From the UHGV virus genome UHGV-0038496: a stretch of 64,000 nt of DNA, one strand, 5' to 3'. Source of the stretch: a virus. Below the pieces are notes generated by a model. It did no database searches, was not told where the DNA came from, and saw nothing but the letters and a program-made list of their open reading frames with translations. Of the stretch, positions 27,301-35,398 are shown one piece after another. How positions within the stretch are numbered: position 1 is the first letter of the stretch; each line of letters opens with the position of its first letter. The position numbers and the translations under genes are program-made.

Positions 27301-30159
27301 ACGGGCATCGCTGTAAAGCTCACCAGGCCCCCAGTAATACTGAGCATAGCAGTTAAAGAACCATCTTGTTCCATCATATTTGTTTTTATCCACCTGGACT
27401 TCGTTGGCCTGTTTCAGCAAGAATGTATGAGTCTCCGTGAAGATAGCAGGCAGTGTCTGGCATTGGCGAGGCACATAGCCTTGTCCGTTGTTGAACCATT
27501 GGTTACAGCAATAATCACGCAAATAATCGTAACTGCAATATTTGCTGTTAGCATCTTCACTATCGAACAGCGCCAGGTTAGTACCACCAGCACACATGAT
27601 ATATTCATTAACAAATTTATCACTGCGTACAGTTTTTGAATCGACTGTGAACCATTTGGCTTCTGGATCTGTATCCTTAACACGGGTATCTTTAATACAG
27701 ACGTAACACAGGTTAGTAACACCCAGTTTTTTCTGCATATCACGTTTCATACCAAGCATGAATTTGGTGGCACTGGCACCAGGTGTAACAGTGTAATACC
27801 AGTCAGCATCGTGTGCACCAACAACACGAGGATCCTCTTTGAACGCAGCAATGCTGTATGCTACGTTGTTAGCAGGATTAGCAGGTGTTACTTTCGCCTG
27901 AATATCCCCATAGCTGTTCTTAACAATCTCTACAGTGATATCCCCACCGCGTGGTGTACGGATAATCTTACGTGAAGTATCGGCAGAACCACCACCCAGG
28001 GTTAACCCGATATTCTGGTGAGTACCGTCATAGTATTCAATCGTTGATTCCCAACGTAAACCGAAGAAACCAGCATCGTAGCTGACGACTTTCAATGTGC
28101 GTGCACCTCCAGCAGGTTTTTGAGGCGTAGGCCACGGGTTAGCATGGTCGTGAACGTTCAGAGAAGTCCCATTCTGTTCATTGACCTGGTACATTTTACC
28201 ACCAGCACCGTTAGGGTTGTATTCCCACAATGCCTGATTAGCACCTATGTATTTGTACATCTCAGGGCGTTGGTCGTAAATTTCCTGAGTCACATCGTAG
28301 GTCACAGAACCTGCATCTTTTCTGTGCAATCTGATTTTGAATGCATCAGCGTTTTCAGTTGCAGGCTGTGCAGTATCCAGACCTAAGTAAGTCGTGCTAC
28401 CCAAAGATAAGGAACGGTTCAAACCTGTAGTGTACCATGCACTATCAGCTGGGATCATAGGTATGATCGTGTTCCAGTTAATGTTTCTGGTAAGATGTGT
28501 GTGAGTACCAGTTTTATCATGATAGGTGATTTTTACATGGTACAGACCACGACGATCAATGTTTTTGTTCTGTTGGGTAATAAGACAATCCCATAAACCG
28601 AATTCCGAATGGTTAGCATAAGCTGTATACAAAGGATCAGAAACAACTGTCTGTGCAGCATTGGTGATCTCAACTTTGTCGATAAACCACGTTGCACCCC
28701 TAGGCAGAGGTTTAACTCTCAGTTGAACTGTATCCCCAACATAGATGTTGTTAACAGGGTGTTCAGACCCCCATCCGTTGACTCTACTAACTTCTTCAAC
28801 CTCAAAACTGGATACCGGAACGTTCTTAATCCAGTTTGGGTCTACCTGTGTGAAACCTTGAGAACTAAGTTGACCACCGAACAGGTTATTGCAGCCTGCG
28901 AAGTTACCACGAGGAACACCAGACCACCAAAGTTTACCGTTCACCACGGTCAGTGTGCCCATGTAACCTTCACGGTTAATACCTTGGAAGTAAACATTCT
29001 CTGCCCAACTGACAGGTGTACGTTGCTCAACATATGCAGCTGTAGCAATCGCCTGTTTGTGTTGGAACTGTGCACGGGGGTTGGCTTCAGCAGAAGACCA
29101 GCCAACATCGTTACACAGGTTACGAGAGAAGCCTCTGTACTGTTTTGAACCATTATTGAAGAAGATACCATTGGTAGCGTGACCTCTTGCAATAATCACT
29201 TCGTGAGTGTAGGTAATGTTCAATGAACGCCAGGTTTTATCTCCCCAGGAATTCTGTCCATAAAATACGTATACAGGTAAGCCAGAACCGTCTGTGTGAA
29301 TACGTTCTGTAGCAACTATGGCCCCATTCGGACCACACATAAACCATTTGTAGGTTTCACTATTACCAAGCAGATTTGCCCATGTACCGTGCTCTGGTGG
29401 ATAAACCAGGGTAAGCTGACTGTTATTACGCAAGAAATCGTAACCAGCAACCCAATAGCCGTCTGGGCCACCATAGATCACAGAGTTATCATGAACTTCC
29501 AGATTCAATGCAGGGTTTTTCCACTGGCCTGTTACAGGATCCTGAGAAGTTTCGGCAATTTTAACAGGGTTAGCATGTTGGTTTTTATCCACATGCAAAG
29601 AACCGTAGGTGTTATTACCTGAACCATAGATATCCCAGATACCTTCACCTTCAGGTGCACCAATCACCCAGCAAGTGTTGTTCATACCGCCACAGACTTC
29701 GATTAGGCGCTCAGGATGCGTATCAAGCCCCAGAGTGGTCGTAATTTGTGAAGGTAATGCAGTCCACTTAGTTACACAAACATCGTTACCACCAGCCGCT
29801 GTGGAGCCGATAAGACCAGCTGTACAACCGATGTAAAAGAATTTATGATCGAAACTTTCAATCACAAAAGAACGGTCTGCTCTCCAGACATGGTTGATGT
29901 TACGGATCGACTCGTTCGGATAAATACATTCATTGCGGTTGCCTGTTCCGCATTCGCCATATTTGTTAGCGCCTGTCAGAACCAGTAAACCATCCGCATA
30001 AAGAATTGCCAGACTATTTACATATGCTACTGAGTTGCTTGTGCCATCACTTTTATCTATTGGATAGGACAGAACAGCAAGTTCCTTGATCCCATCCTTC
30101 GAGTCCAGATGGAAATTAGCAAGTTTTAACAGAGGAATTGGAAACATTGTGTTCTCCAT
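24328..30159 (-). CDS. very large tail fibre / adhesin-like structural protein (1943 aa)
   Basis: N-terminal region with RCC1-like repeats (LVLTGANKYGECGTG, YGSGNNTYGSL); C-terminal Ig-like segments (AVITITAKVSYGEG..., VTITTDTGQVKFVGVGTAVITYS...); RBS GGAGAA. Confidence 0.6.
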   Translation of the reverse strand: MENTMFPIPLLKLANFHLDSKDGIKELAVLSYPIDKSDGTSNSVAYVNSLAILYADGLLVLTGANKYGECGTGNRNECIYPNESIRNINHVWRADRSFVIESFDHKFFYIGCTAGLIGSTAAGGNDVCVTKWTALPSQITTTLGLDTHPERLIEVCGGMNNTCWVIGAPEGEGIWDIYGSGNNTYGSLHVDKNQHANPVKIAETSQDPVTGQWKNPALNLEVHDNSVIYGGPDGYWVAGYDFLRNNSQLTLVYPPEHGTWANLLGNSETYKWFMCGPNGAIVATERIHTDGSGLPVYVFYGQNSWGDKTWRSLNITYTHEVIIARGHATNGIFFNNGSKQYRGFSRNLCNDVGWSSAEANPRAQFQHKQAIATAAYVEQRTPVSWAENVYFQGINREGYMGTLTVVNGKLWWSGVPRGNFAGCNNLFGGQLSSQGFTQVDPNWIKNVPVSSFEVEEVSRVNGWGSEHPVNNIYVGDTVQLRVKPLPRGATWFIDKVEITNAAQTVVSDPLYTAYANHSEFGLWDCLITQQNKNIDRRGLYHVKITYHDKTGTHTHLTRNINWNTIIPMIPADSAWYTTGLNRSLSLGSTTYLGLDTAQPATENADAFKIRLHRKDAGSVTYDVTQEIYDQRPEMYKYIGANQALWEYNPNGAGGKMYQVNEQNGTSLNVHDHANPWPTPQKPAGGARTLKVVSYDAGFFGLRWESTIEYYDGTHQNIGLTLGGGSADTSRKIIRTPRGGDITVEIVKNSYGDIQAKVTPANPANNVAYSIAAFKEDPRVVGAHDADWYYTVTPGASATKFMLGMKRDMQKKLGVTNLCYVCIKDTRVKDTDPEAKWFTVDSKTVRSDKFVNEYIMCAGGTNLALFDSEDANSKYCSYDYLRDYCCNQWFNNGQGYVPRQCQTLPAIFTETHTFLLKQANEVQVDKNKYDGTRWFFNCYAQYYWGPGELYSDARCNLMDKEIGSWTQMNQTCNFIPQNVTPSGSSVLDGFICIEKVHDPRGDLAATAMSVPMSSGFQQVKLVVSCDQIGKNVPTGNASGTSPYIIDCYYNINSEGYREVRKITSTDTSKCRRILLGAGWWLFEFDFSSVADWATDSGNTLSGIRFDFGQTMLPEAINGNYGDPIVHVKQVMLEKTDQSEVYGRQLQLIKNWCEADRANRVPRIRGVVLDAGTEDMLVNAVWPNLDGTSLQNAARSVNWFNFHRAMWSVNIFLWKIFNDQTKGFGDGLRMAPICWTSLMRCYDNQWEIGGREWQNMRMRVYSQFAVKPVNSYNSAVTRILFQEGSDAYKVEGYNGSMIEWGYKPLAREVLSREICQAIGGNLIQKQIPRWFTLPCWNKTSANTYANTNADGDLFLYFDDMSKYTSWTPGNIQLQVWDSNNKLVYTTTNASNDNCCALPKEKLVECFGISRPDPVTLSMMVYDKTSGALGPRVAQTYSNIEYTKRIQYMDVRTGCELSPDSDKKWWGMPNTSWIADEYILIYPQKALDGAIIAANSAYSNLAEFVVRKDLAYTYHTPTDGTIPNGNAELGAWCVPVEIRWTDETGKESAGTKLTAMVEASDETSTLRDNMAGPYTKGALEISPRVTAKSGSVSIYGFSNSDSWALMNNNHTWAAGSSVTYEFLLKGFYSPTNAYQERGTYPYSQSGTQSGFYVTDNFLPGGAASLSFEVTSSDPTVFVATKLTDRKFAINALKNGSAVITITAKVSYGEGSYTFSKLYNWKCGSGTVITGLSDLPNPFNGIGIKGGSGVMRKPTMQPDGAVAASESWSTNNPDAVTITTDTGQVKFVGVGTAVITYSCTDTNGTVFTKTTTITVKEIHPQYRAWVGNPTDGAYPQPYGTSNMETFSAQPCSYQTLVSYPMRVFGGMYIPELKGVPSGQLTIYTGDPSRLAKFGYSSPTVALSESGWCGYELNWNDMENGKTYISLSVSVQGISQTACRAGFNFKEA

Positions 30160-30166
30160 ATAGTAA

Positions 30167-30188
30167 AGCCTCTCCCGCAGGAGAGGCT
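30167..30188 (-). other. GC-rich stem-loop between two tail genes
   Basis: 9-bp stem AGCCTCTCC/GGAGAGGCT with 4-nt loop, followed by TTACTATAT and the RBS of the 1943-aa gene; no strong U-tract. Confidence 0.35.
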
Positions 30189-30194
30189 AATTAA

Positions 30195-31949
30195 TTAACG
30201 TTGTGCAATAATAACGTCCACAATATCACCGAAACCTGGGTAGGTAAGTTGACAAAGTGTTACGCTACTGGCTTTGTTGTTAACTACAGGAGTTGCAGAC
30301 AGGATTGCATACTTATCACTGAATGTGACCTGATGCCCTGTAGCATCCTGACGGAAATAAATTACCACTGAGAACGGGTTAGGTTTATCTTCTTCCGAAG
30401 CTGCTGTAACACCAGGCCACGTTGCTACGTTCAGGTTGCCAGTAACTTCGACAACATACATGCTGGCATTGCCTGATGGGGTCCATGTTCCGGTAGCTCC
30501 AGCGATATCCTCAGATTCGAATTCTAGTTTGGTTGTGCGGATCTTCTCAATTGTGGTGCTACCACCAACGCTAAGGTTACCGTTGATACTAACGTTACCT
30601 GAGGCGTTCATGATCCCGCAGTTGAGAGTTTTACCCGTATAATCCGGCATCCAACCTGTTAATGTACCAGAGATTTGGAGGTTATGGATGTAGGTTGTTC
30701 CTGAACCTGCTGCGTTCAGGCTTACATCCCCATTAACTTGCAAATTGCGATTCACATTGCAATCGGTGAAGTTACCAGTATTGATGGTGGCAGTCGTACC
30801 ATTCAAGGTTGTAATTGCAGCTTTATTTGCAACAATACCGTTACCTTCAAAAGTAGCCTGCTGGTTAGATTTGAATGTGTCAGCAGACAAATCTTTAACC
30901 TTCGCATTACCCTGAATAACCACGGATCCACCAACCTGCAAGTCACCGTTGACACGGGCATCATTGGTTGTTTCCAGGTAGTTCGGGTAAATATCCAAAC
31001 CATCAACAGAGTGAACAATACCTTCAACTTTACCAAGTACTTTCAGGTCTTTGACCTGGGTTACACCGTCAACCGTCAGGGTGGGTTCCTGAACATCTTT
31101 TTGAGAATTACCACGAATATAAACGTAGTCAAAGTAGTTGTTACCACGACCATCAAAGTGAACAGTGTTGTTATCACTTACCGGAGCACCATTGTGGATC
31201 ACATCAGAGGTCAACAGGTGAGTCTCGATGTTGTAAGGATCCAGCATTGTAGAGGTCCAGTTAGTGTGGTTCTTGTCTGTCCAGTTAAAATTAATAGCGG
31301 AATCTCTACCTGTCAAGGTCAGCTCTTTGAAACGCCCAGCAAAGTCAGAAGCATTCAAGGGGCCACGTAAGGTCAAAGTACCGTTAATGACGGTATTGGT
31401 TAATTCTGATAAGCCACGAACAACCAGAGAACCAATTGTGACCTCCATACCAGCCATGGCTTCAAAAATGCTGTCTACATAGTCAACAACAAATGTGGTG
31501 TTGGCAATGGACAGAGATTTATCATTCATCGGCGGTGTCGGAACACGCGGATCACCCTGGAAGAGTGGGCTACTCAGTTTAGCATAAAATTCAGCAAGCA
31601 CGTTGGCATCGGTGTACAATCTCCACGCTGTGGATTTGGACGGATCGGATGGCAAACGTACTGGCGTAGATTTAGATGCTCCAGGAGCATACCACCATGT
31701 GATTTTTCCATCTGCTTTGTATTCGTAAATCTGGTTAAATACTGTGGTGGAAGAACCATATACCCACGGGATTGGTGGAGTTTTAAAATACAGGTTATCA
31801 AGTAATGCTTTGCGGATGGTAGGGATGGTTGTACCATCCTCTACCACAACTTCATCCACAGCAGTACCATTGACAACCAGATGGAGGCGCTCAGAGTCAA
31901 TTATGACCTGATCCACGGCCTCTTCAAAGTTTGTCATGTCTTGAGCCAC
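30195..31949 (-). CDS. tail fibre / tailspike-like protein (584 aa)
   Basis: Repetitive N/T/G/S-rich beta-type sequence; position within the fibre cluster. Confidence 0.45.
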   Translation of the reverse strand: MAQDMTNFEEAVDQVIIDSERLHLVVNGTAVDEVVVEDGTTIPTIRKALLDNLYFKTPPIPWVYGSSTTVFNQIYEYKADGKITWWYAPGASKSTPVRLPSDPSKSTAWRLYTDANVLAEFYAKLSSPLFQGDPRVPTPPMNDKSLSIANTTFVVDYVDSIFEAMAGMEVTIGSLVVRGLSELTNTVINGTLTLRGPLNASDFAGRFKELTLTGRDSAINFNWTDKNHTNWTSTMLDPYNIETHLLTSDVIHNGAPVSDNNTVHFDGRGNNYFDYVYIRGNSQKDVQEPTLTVDGVTQVKDLKVLGKVEGIVHSVDGLDIYPNYLETTNDARVNGDLQVGGSVVIQGNAKVKDLSADTFKSNQQATFEGNGIVANKAAITTLNGTTATINTGNFTDCNVNRNLQVNGDVSLNAAGSGTTYIHNLQISGTLTGWMPDYTGKTLNCGIMNASGNVSINGNLSVGGSTTIEKIRTTKLEFESEDIAGATGTWTPSGNASMYVVEVTGNLNVATWPGVTAASEEDKPNPFSVVIYFRQDATGHQVTFSDKYAILSATPVVNNKASSVTLCQLTYPGFGDIVDVIIAQR

Positions 31950-31958
31950 GTTATCTCC

Positions 31959-32273
31959 TTAAGCCTTCGGTTCTTCGTCTTTTTGATGATCAGGATGTTG
32001 GCATCCCCAACGAAGTGCAATAAACTTACTGATTAATTGTGGGCAAGCAACTGAAGGAGCATAGATCCATGCATACCATTCCGGCAGGGTATCGGTGTAC
32101 CCCATGTGCAGGAAGACGATAGTCATGGCAAGCATACCAATGTTGGACCACAACTTAGCCTGAGATACCTTATTGGGATCGTCCGGTGCTGCGACCAGCA
32201 TCCACAAAAAGGATTTGATTTTCTTGAACATCACCCCTTCTTTACAATGTCTGTACTGTGATCCATTGACCAT
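31959..32273 (-). CDS. hypothetical membrane protein
   Basis: 104-aa ORF with hydrophobic segments (FLWMLVAAP..., MLAMTIVFLHM); true start may be the internal MFKKIK. Confidence 0.4.
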   Translation of the reverse strand: MVNGSQYRHCKEGVMFKKIKSFLWMLVAAPDDPNKVSQAKLWSNIGMLAMTIVFLHMGYTDTLPEWYAWIYAPSVACPQLISKFIALRWGCQHPDHQKDEEPKA

Positions 32274-33306
32274 TTACCAGTTTCTGGAGTGGAGCGGCCC
32301 AATAGCCAGCACCACGCAATTGTTTCTTGTTACCATTCTGCCAACCACGCATTACGTAGCCAGCTCTTACACGGTTATCACCTGTACCGTCTATCAGCAT
32401 ACCTCCACAACGAACATCGGAGATAGCTGGTTGCGGTAGCGCTAATGTTAAGTTGCCGTTACCATCTGCTGTGGCACCGTTTACTGACCTGCAAACATGT
32501 CTTCCACCTACGACGTGATAATTACCACGGGTTGTGTGACTATCGCAGTTAAAACTGTTGGTATGAAGGTTACCACAAGAGGTCTGGCTTGATACAGAAG
32601 CTGTACTCCAGATACTAACAGTGTTACCGTTCATAGAACCAGCACGTAAGTTATCAGCAGCGATAATGTCACCTACTACGGACAATCTACCACGGTTTGG
32701 AGAGATAGCACACAGTTTCATCAGTGTGAACAGGCTACCACCTACAGGGTGGAATCTGTAGCGGAACCCTTCTGTACCTGTGTAGTAGGATGCTTCAAGG
32801 TCTGCTGTACCGTAGTTGTCGGACATACGAAAATCGAAATAGGTTTTATCCCCACCTTTATACCCAGGGGTATCTGCAATCGTGGAACAGTAAATCGCAC
32901 AAGTATCTGTATTGGCAGATGTGAAATTAATCCTTGTAACCCCTAAAGTCATGTTACCTTTCAAGGTATCCCCTGTCAGGTGAACATAACGGTCATCCAT
33001 CTCCGCTATTGTCAGGCAACCAAGATTTTCCCTTGCAGCAGCTTTGTCCGGTATCTCTGCCAGGTTGTTAGCAACTCGTAAAAAACGGTCATCCCACCCT
33101 GGGATGGCCTCTTCGTTCATGTATTTCAGCCAGTTACCAATCATGTTGAACTCAAAATTCATATGCTCAACAGCAATTTTCTGACTGAAGTCCCAACCCG
33201 CTAACCTCCGTTCATCATTGGGCTGGACCTTATTCAATTCTCGTGTGGTGTCAAGCAGTGCATCCTGATATGCCCACACCTCAAGTGGATAAGTCGGTTT
33301 TGGCAT
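32242..33306 (-). CDS. tail fibre protein, paralogue A (354 aa)
   Basis: N-terminus MPKPTYPLEVWA... and C-terminus ...RGAGYWAAPLQKLVNGQWITVQTL nearly identical to the 34345..35385 product; central region divergent. Confidence 0.65.
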   Translation of the reverse strand: MPKPTYPLEVWAYQDALLDTTRELNKVQPNDERRLAGWDFSQKIAVEHMNFEFNMIGNWLKYMNEEAIPGWDDRFLRVANNLAEIPDKAAARENLGCLTIAEMDDRYVHLTGDTLKGNMTLGVTRINFTSANTDTCAIYCSTIADTPGYKGGDKTYFDFRMSDNYGTADLEASYYTGTEGFRYRFHPVGGSLFTLMKLCAISPNRGRLSVVGDIIAADNLRAGSMNGNTVSIWSTASVSSQTSCGNLHTNSFNCDSHTTRGNYHVVGGRHVCRSVNGATADGNGNLTLALPQPAISDVRCGGMLIDGTGDNRVRAGYVMRGWQNGNKKQLRGAGYWAAPLQKLVNGQWITVQTL

Positions 33307-33335
33307 GTTTTCTCCTGACTAAAATTCTTGACATT

Positions 33336-33364
33336 ATTTTAGCACTAAACTCCTCAAAATGCAA
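33336..33364 (-). promoter_or_regulatory. sigma70-like promoter (TTGCAT, 17-nt spacer, TGC-TAAAAT)
   Basis: Read on the minus strand: TTGCAT, 17 nt, TAAAAT preceded by TGC; followed by RBS AGGAGAAAAC and the ATG at 33306. Confidence 0.45.
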
Positions 33365-33386
33365 CCAGAGGCTTCCTTGCCGTTGG

Positions 33387-33701
33387 TTATTTCTCCTTGT
33401 TACTCAGGAGAATCTGGATAATTTGTTGAATGTCGCTCCGCAATCCATTAACGTCACTTTTGACCTCTTTCCTTAACTCGTCAAGGTTATCTTGAATATC
33501 TTTAAGACGCTGGTTCAACACCGCGTCAAGTCTATCTTTTGTAACCATATTGCTTTTCACCAAAATAAGGTCCTTCTCTAAATCATCCAATCTTTTAGAG
33601 ACGGCTTTCCACTTTACGTGCCACTGACCAAAAATCCAGACACCTATCGGGACAATAACGCTCATGATTATCTCAAAAAGCGTACCAAAGTCCAGTTCCA
33701 C
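33387..33701 (-). CDS. hypothetical membrane-anchored coiled-coil protein
   Basis: N-terminal hydrophobic helix IIMSVIVPIGVWIFG then heptad-like charged sequence. Confidence 0.4.
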   Translation of the reverse strand: MELDFGTLFEIIMSVIVPIGVWIFGQWHVKWKAVSKRLDDLEKDLILVKSNMVTKDRLDAVLNQRLKDIQDNLDELRKEVKSDVNGLRSDIQQIIQILLSNKEK

Positions 33702-33710
33702 ATTACCTCC

Positions 33711-34328
33711 TTAGAAGGCTGGGCGATCAGGGATATGTATGTTAGGGGCTTTGTTTATATCAATCTCCAGTAGGTGAATCCTGTAAAGTTTCAGTTCCTT
33801 AACAAACTGCTCCTGTTCAGGAGATAGTATATAATCCAAGTCCAGCATGTCGCTGAAAGCTCCAAGCCTTGCTGTAGCCCATTGCAATTCTTCTTCAATG
33901 ATCTGCTGTGCAGCATCGATGTAAGGTTTGTTATCAACAACAAATTTCTCACCATCCCAGCGGTAGGCATTGATCATGTTCTCAATGTCTTCCGGGAACT
34001 CCTCTCGTTTACCGTGCAGGACTTGAAGACCATCACTGGGGAAAATACCTGCGGGATCTGTGGTTACAATTTTCAGTAAACCATCGGATTCTATAACTGC
34101 GAACAGGTATTCTACTCCAGATTCCTGGGCAATTTGCTGTAATTCTCGTGTCTGGGCGTACCAGTCACCGTGCTCATTGCGAAGGAAGTAAGCAGAATAA
34201 CGAGCGTAATCTTCAATCTCCTGCTCTGTTAATTCCAAGGTTTGTGGCTGATCTTCATCGAGAGCCAACACCATCGGGCGAGGCTCTTGCGGATCATACA
34301 GCTCAAAACCTGTAGCCATTTTGATCAT
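33711..34328 (-). CDS. putative tail fibre assembly / chaperone protein
   Basis: 205-aa acidic protein immediately downstream of a fibre gene; assignment by position and composition only. Confidence 0.3.
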   Translation of the reverse strand: MIKMATGFELYDPQEPRPMVLALDEDQPQTLELTEQEIEDYARYSAYFLRNEHGDWYAQTRELQQIAQESGVEYLFAVIESDGLLKIVTTDPAGIFPSDGLQVLHGKREEFPEDIENMINAYRWDGEKFVVDNKPYIDAAQQIIEEELQWATARLGAFSDMLDLDYILSPEQEQFVKELKLYRIHLLEIDINKAPNIHIPDRPAF

Positions 34329-34344
34329 AATATGTAACCCTCAA

Positions 34345-35385
34345 TTATAGTGTCTGAACGGTAATCCACTGTCCGTTAACAAGTTTCTGTAGCGGAGCTG
34401 CCCAGTAACCTGCACCACGGAGTTCTTTTTTGTTACCGTTAGCCCATCCTCTCATAACATAACCCGGACGTACCCTATTATTAGAAACCCCATCGATCAA
34501 CATACCGCCGCAGCGAATATCCTGAACGCCTGAAGCTGGGATACTGATAGTCAAGTTACCATTACCATCCGCGTTCACACCGTTGACTGAACGAACTACA
34601 TGGCGACCACCAACCACACAATACTGGCTACGGACTGTCATGTTATCGACGTTGGAACCACCGTTAGCATAGAAGCTACCTGTGGTCAACTGGCTCGATA
34701 CGCTGACGTTACCGAAGGAAGCTGTACCAGTAATGGTGACTGTGTTGGAACGCACGTTGTCCTGTGCTTCAATGTTACCAATGACTTTGAGAAGTGCACG
34801 GTTAACAGAGATAGCATTCAGATGCATCAGTGTAAACTCTGGGTTGATATCCGGTTGTGTAGGTTGGAATCTCCAACGGAAAGCATCAACTATGGAAGTA
34901 CCACCATCGTCGAATGAACCAACGTTATCCATCAAGCAGAAGTCTAACAAGGTTTTATCTGGACTGATTGTGGTTTCTATCCACGCCGCATCTGTTTCCG
35001 CTGCCGCAAAGTTAATGCGTTGCAATCCCAGAGGACCTGTCATTGTGTCACCAGTGATCTTGACGTAACGTGCGTCAGTCTCAGCTTTAGTAACAATGCC
35101 GAGGTTTTTACGGGCAATCTCTACATTCAAAAGATCGCTCAAGTTGTTGTCCTTAATAAGATAACGTCCTTCCATAGACGGGATCTGATCTTCGGAAATG
35201 TATTTGGCCCAGGTAGCCAGCATGTTGATGAGGTAGTTCAACTCTTCACATGATGGTTTCTGCCCTTTATCCCAACCTTTTCTCCAGAGATCGTCAATAG
35301 GACGCATCTTATTCTGTTTATGGGAGTTGGGGAGGATTTGATCCTCCGCAGCCCATATCTCTAAAGGAAAACTAGGTTTAGCCAT
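34345..35385 (-). CDS. tail fibre protein, paralogue B (346 aa)
   Basis: Shares N-terminal (MAKPSFPLEIWA...) and C-terminal (...RGAGYWAAPLQKLVNGQWITVQTL) blocks with the 32242..33306 product. Confidence 0.65.
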   Translation of the reverse strand: MAKPSFPLEIWAAEDQILPNSHKQNKMRPIDDLWRKGWDKGQKPSCEELNYLINMLATWAKYISEDQIPSMEGRYLIKDNNLSDLLNVEIARKNLGIVTKAETDARYVKITGDTMTGPLGLQRINFAAAETDAAWIETTISPDKTLLDFCLMDNVGSFDDGGTSIVDAFRWRFQPTQPDINPEFTLMHLNAISVNRALLKVIGNIEAQDNVRSNTVTITGTASFGNVSVSSQLTTGSFYANGGSNVDNMTVRSQYCVVGGRHVVRSVNGVNADGNGNLTISIPASGVQDIRCGGMLIDGVSNNRVRPGYVMRGWANGNKKELRGAGYWAAPLQKLVNGQWITVQTL

Positions 35386-35398
35386 TTATTTCTCCTGA

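Noticed and set aside
32242-35385. Invertible or shufflon-type tail fibre switching region (Mu G-segment-like)
   Set aside because: Both paralogues are in the same orientation with their own RBS, with no flanking inverted repeats and no invertase/recombinase gene nearby.
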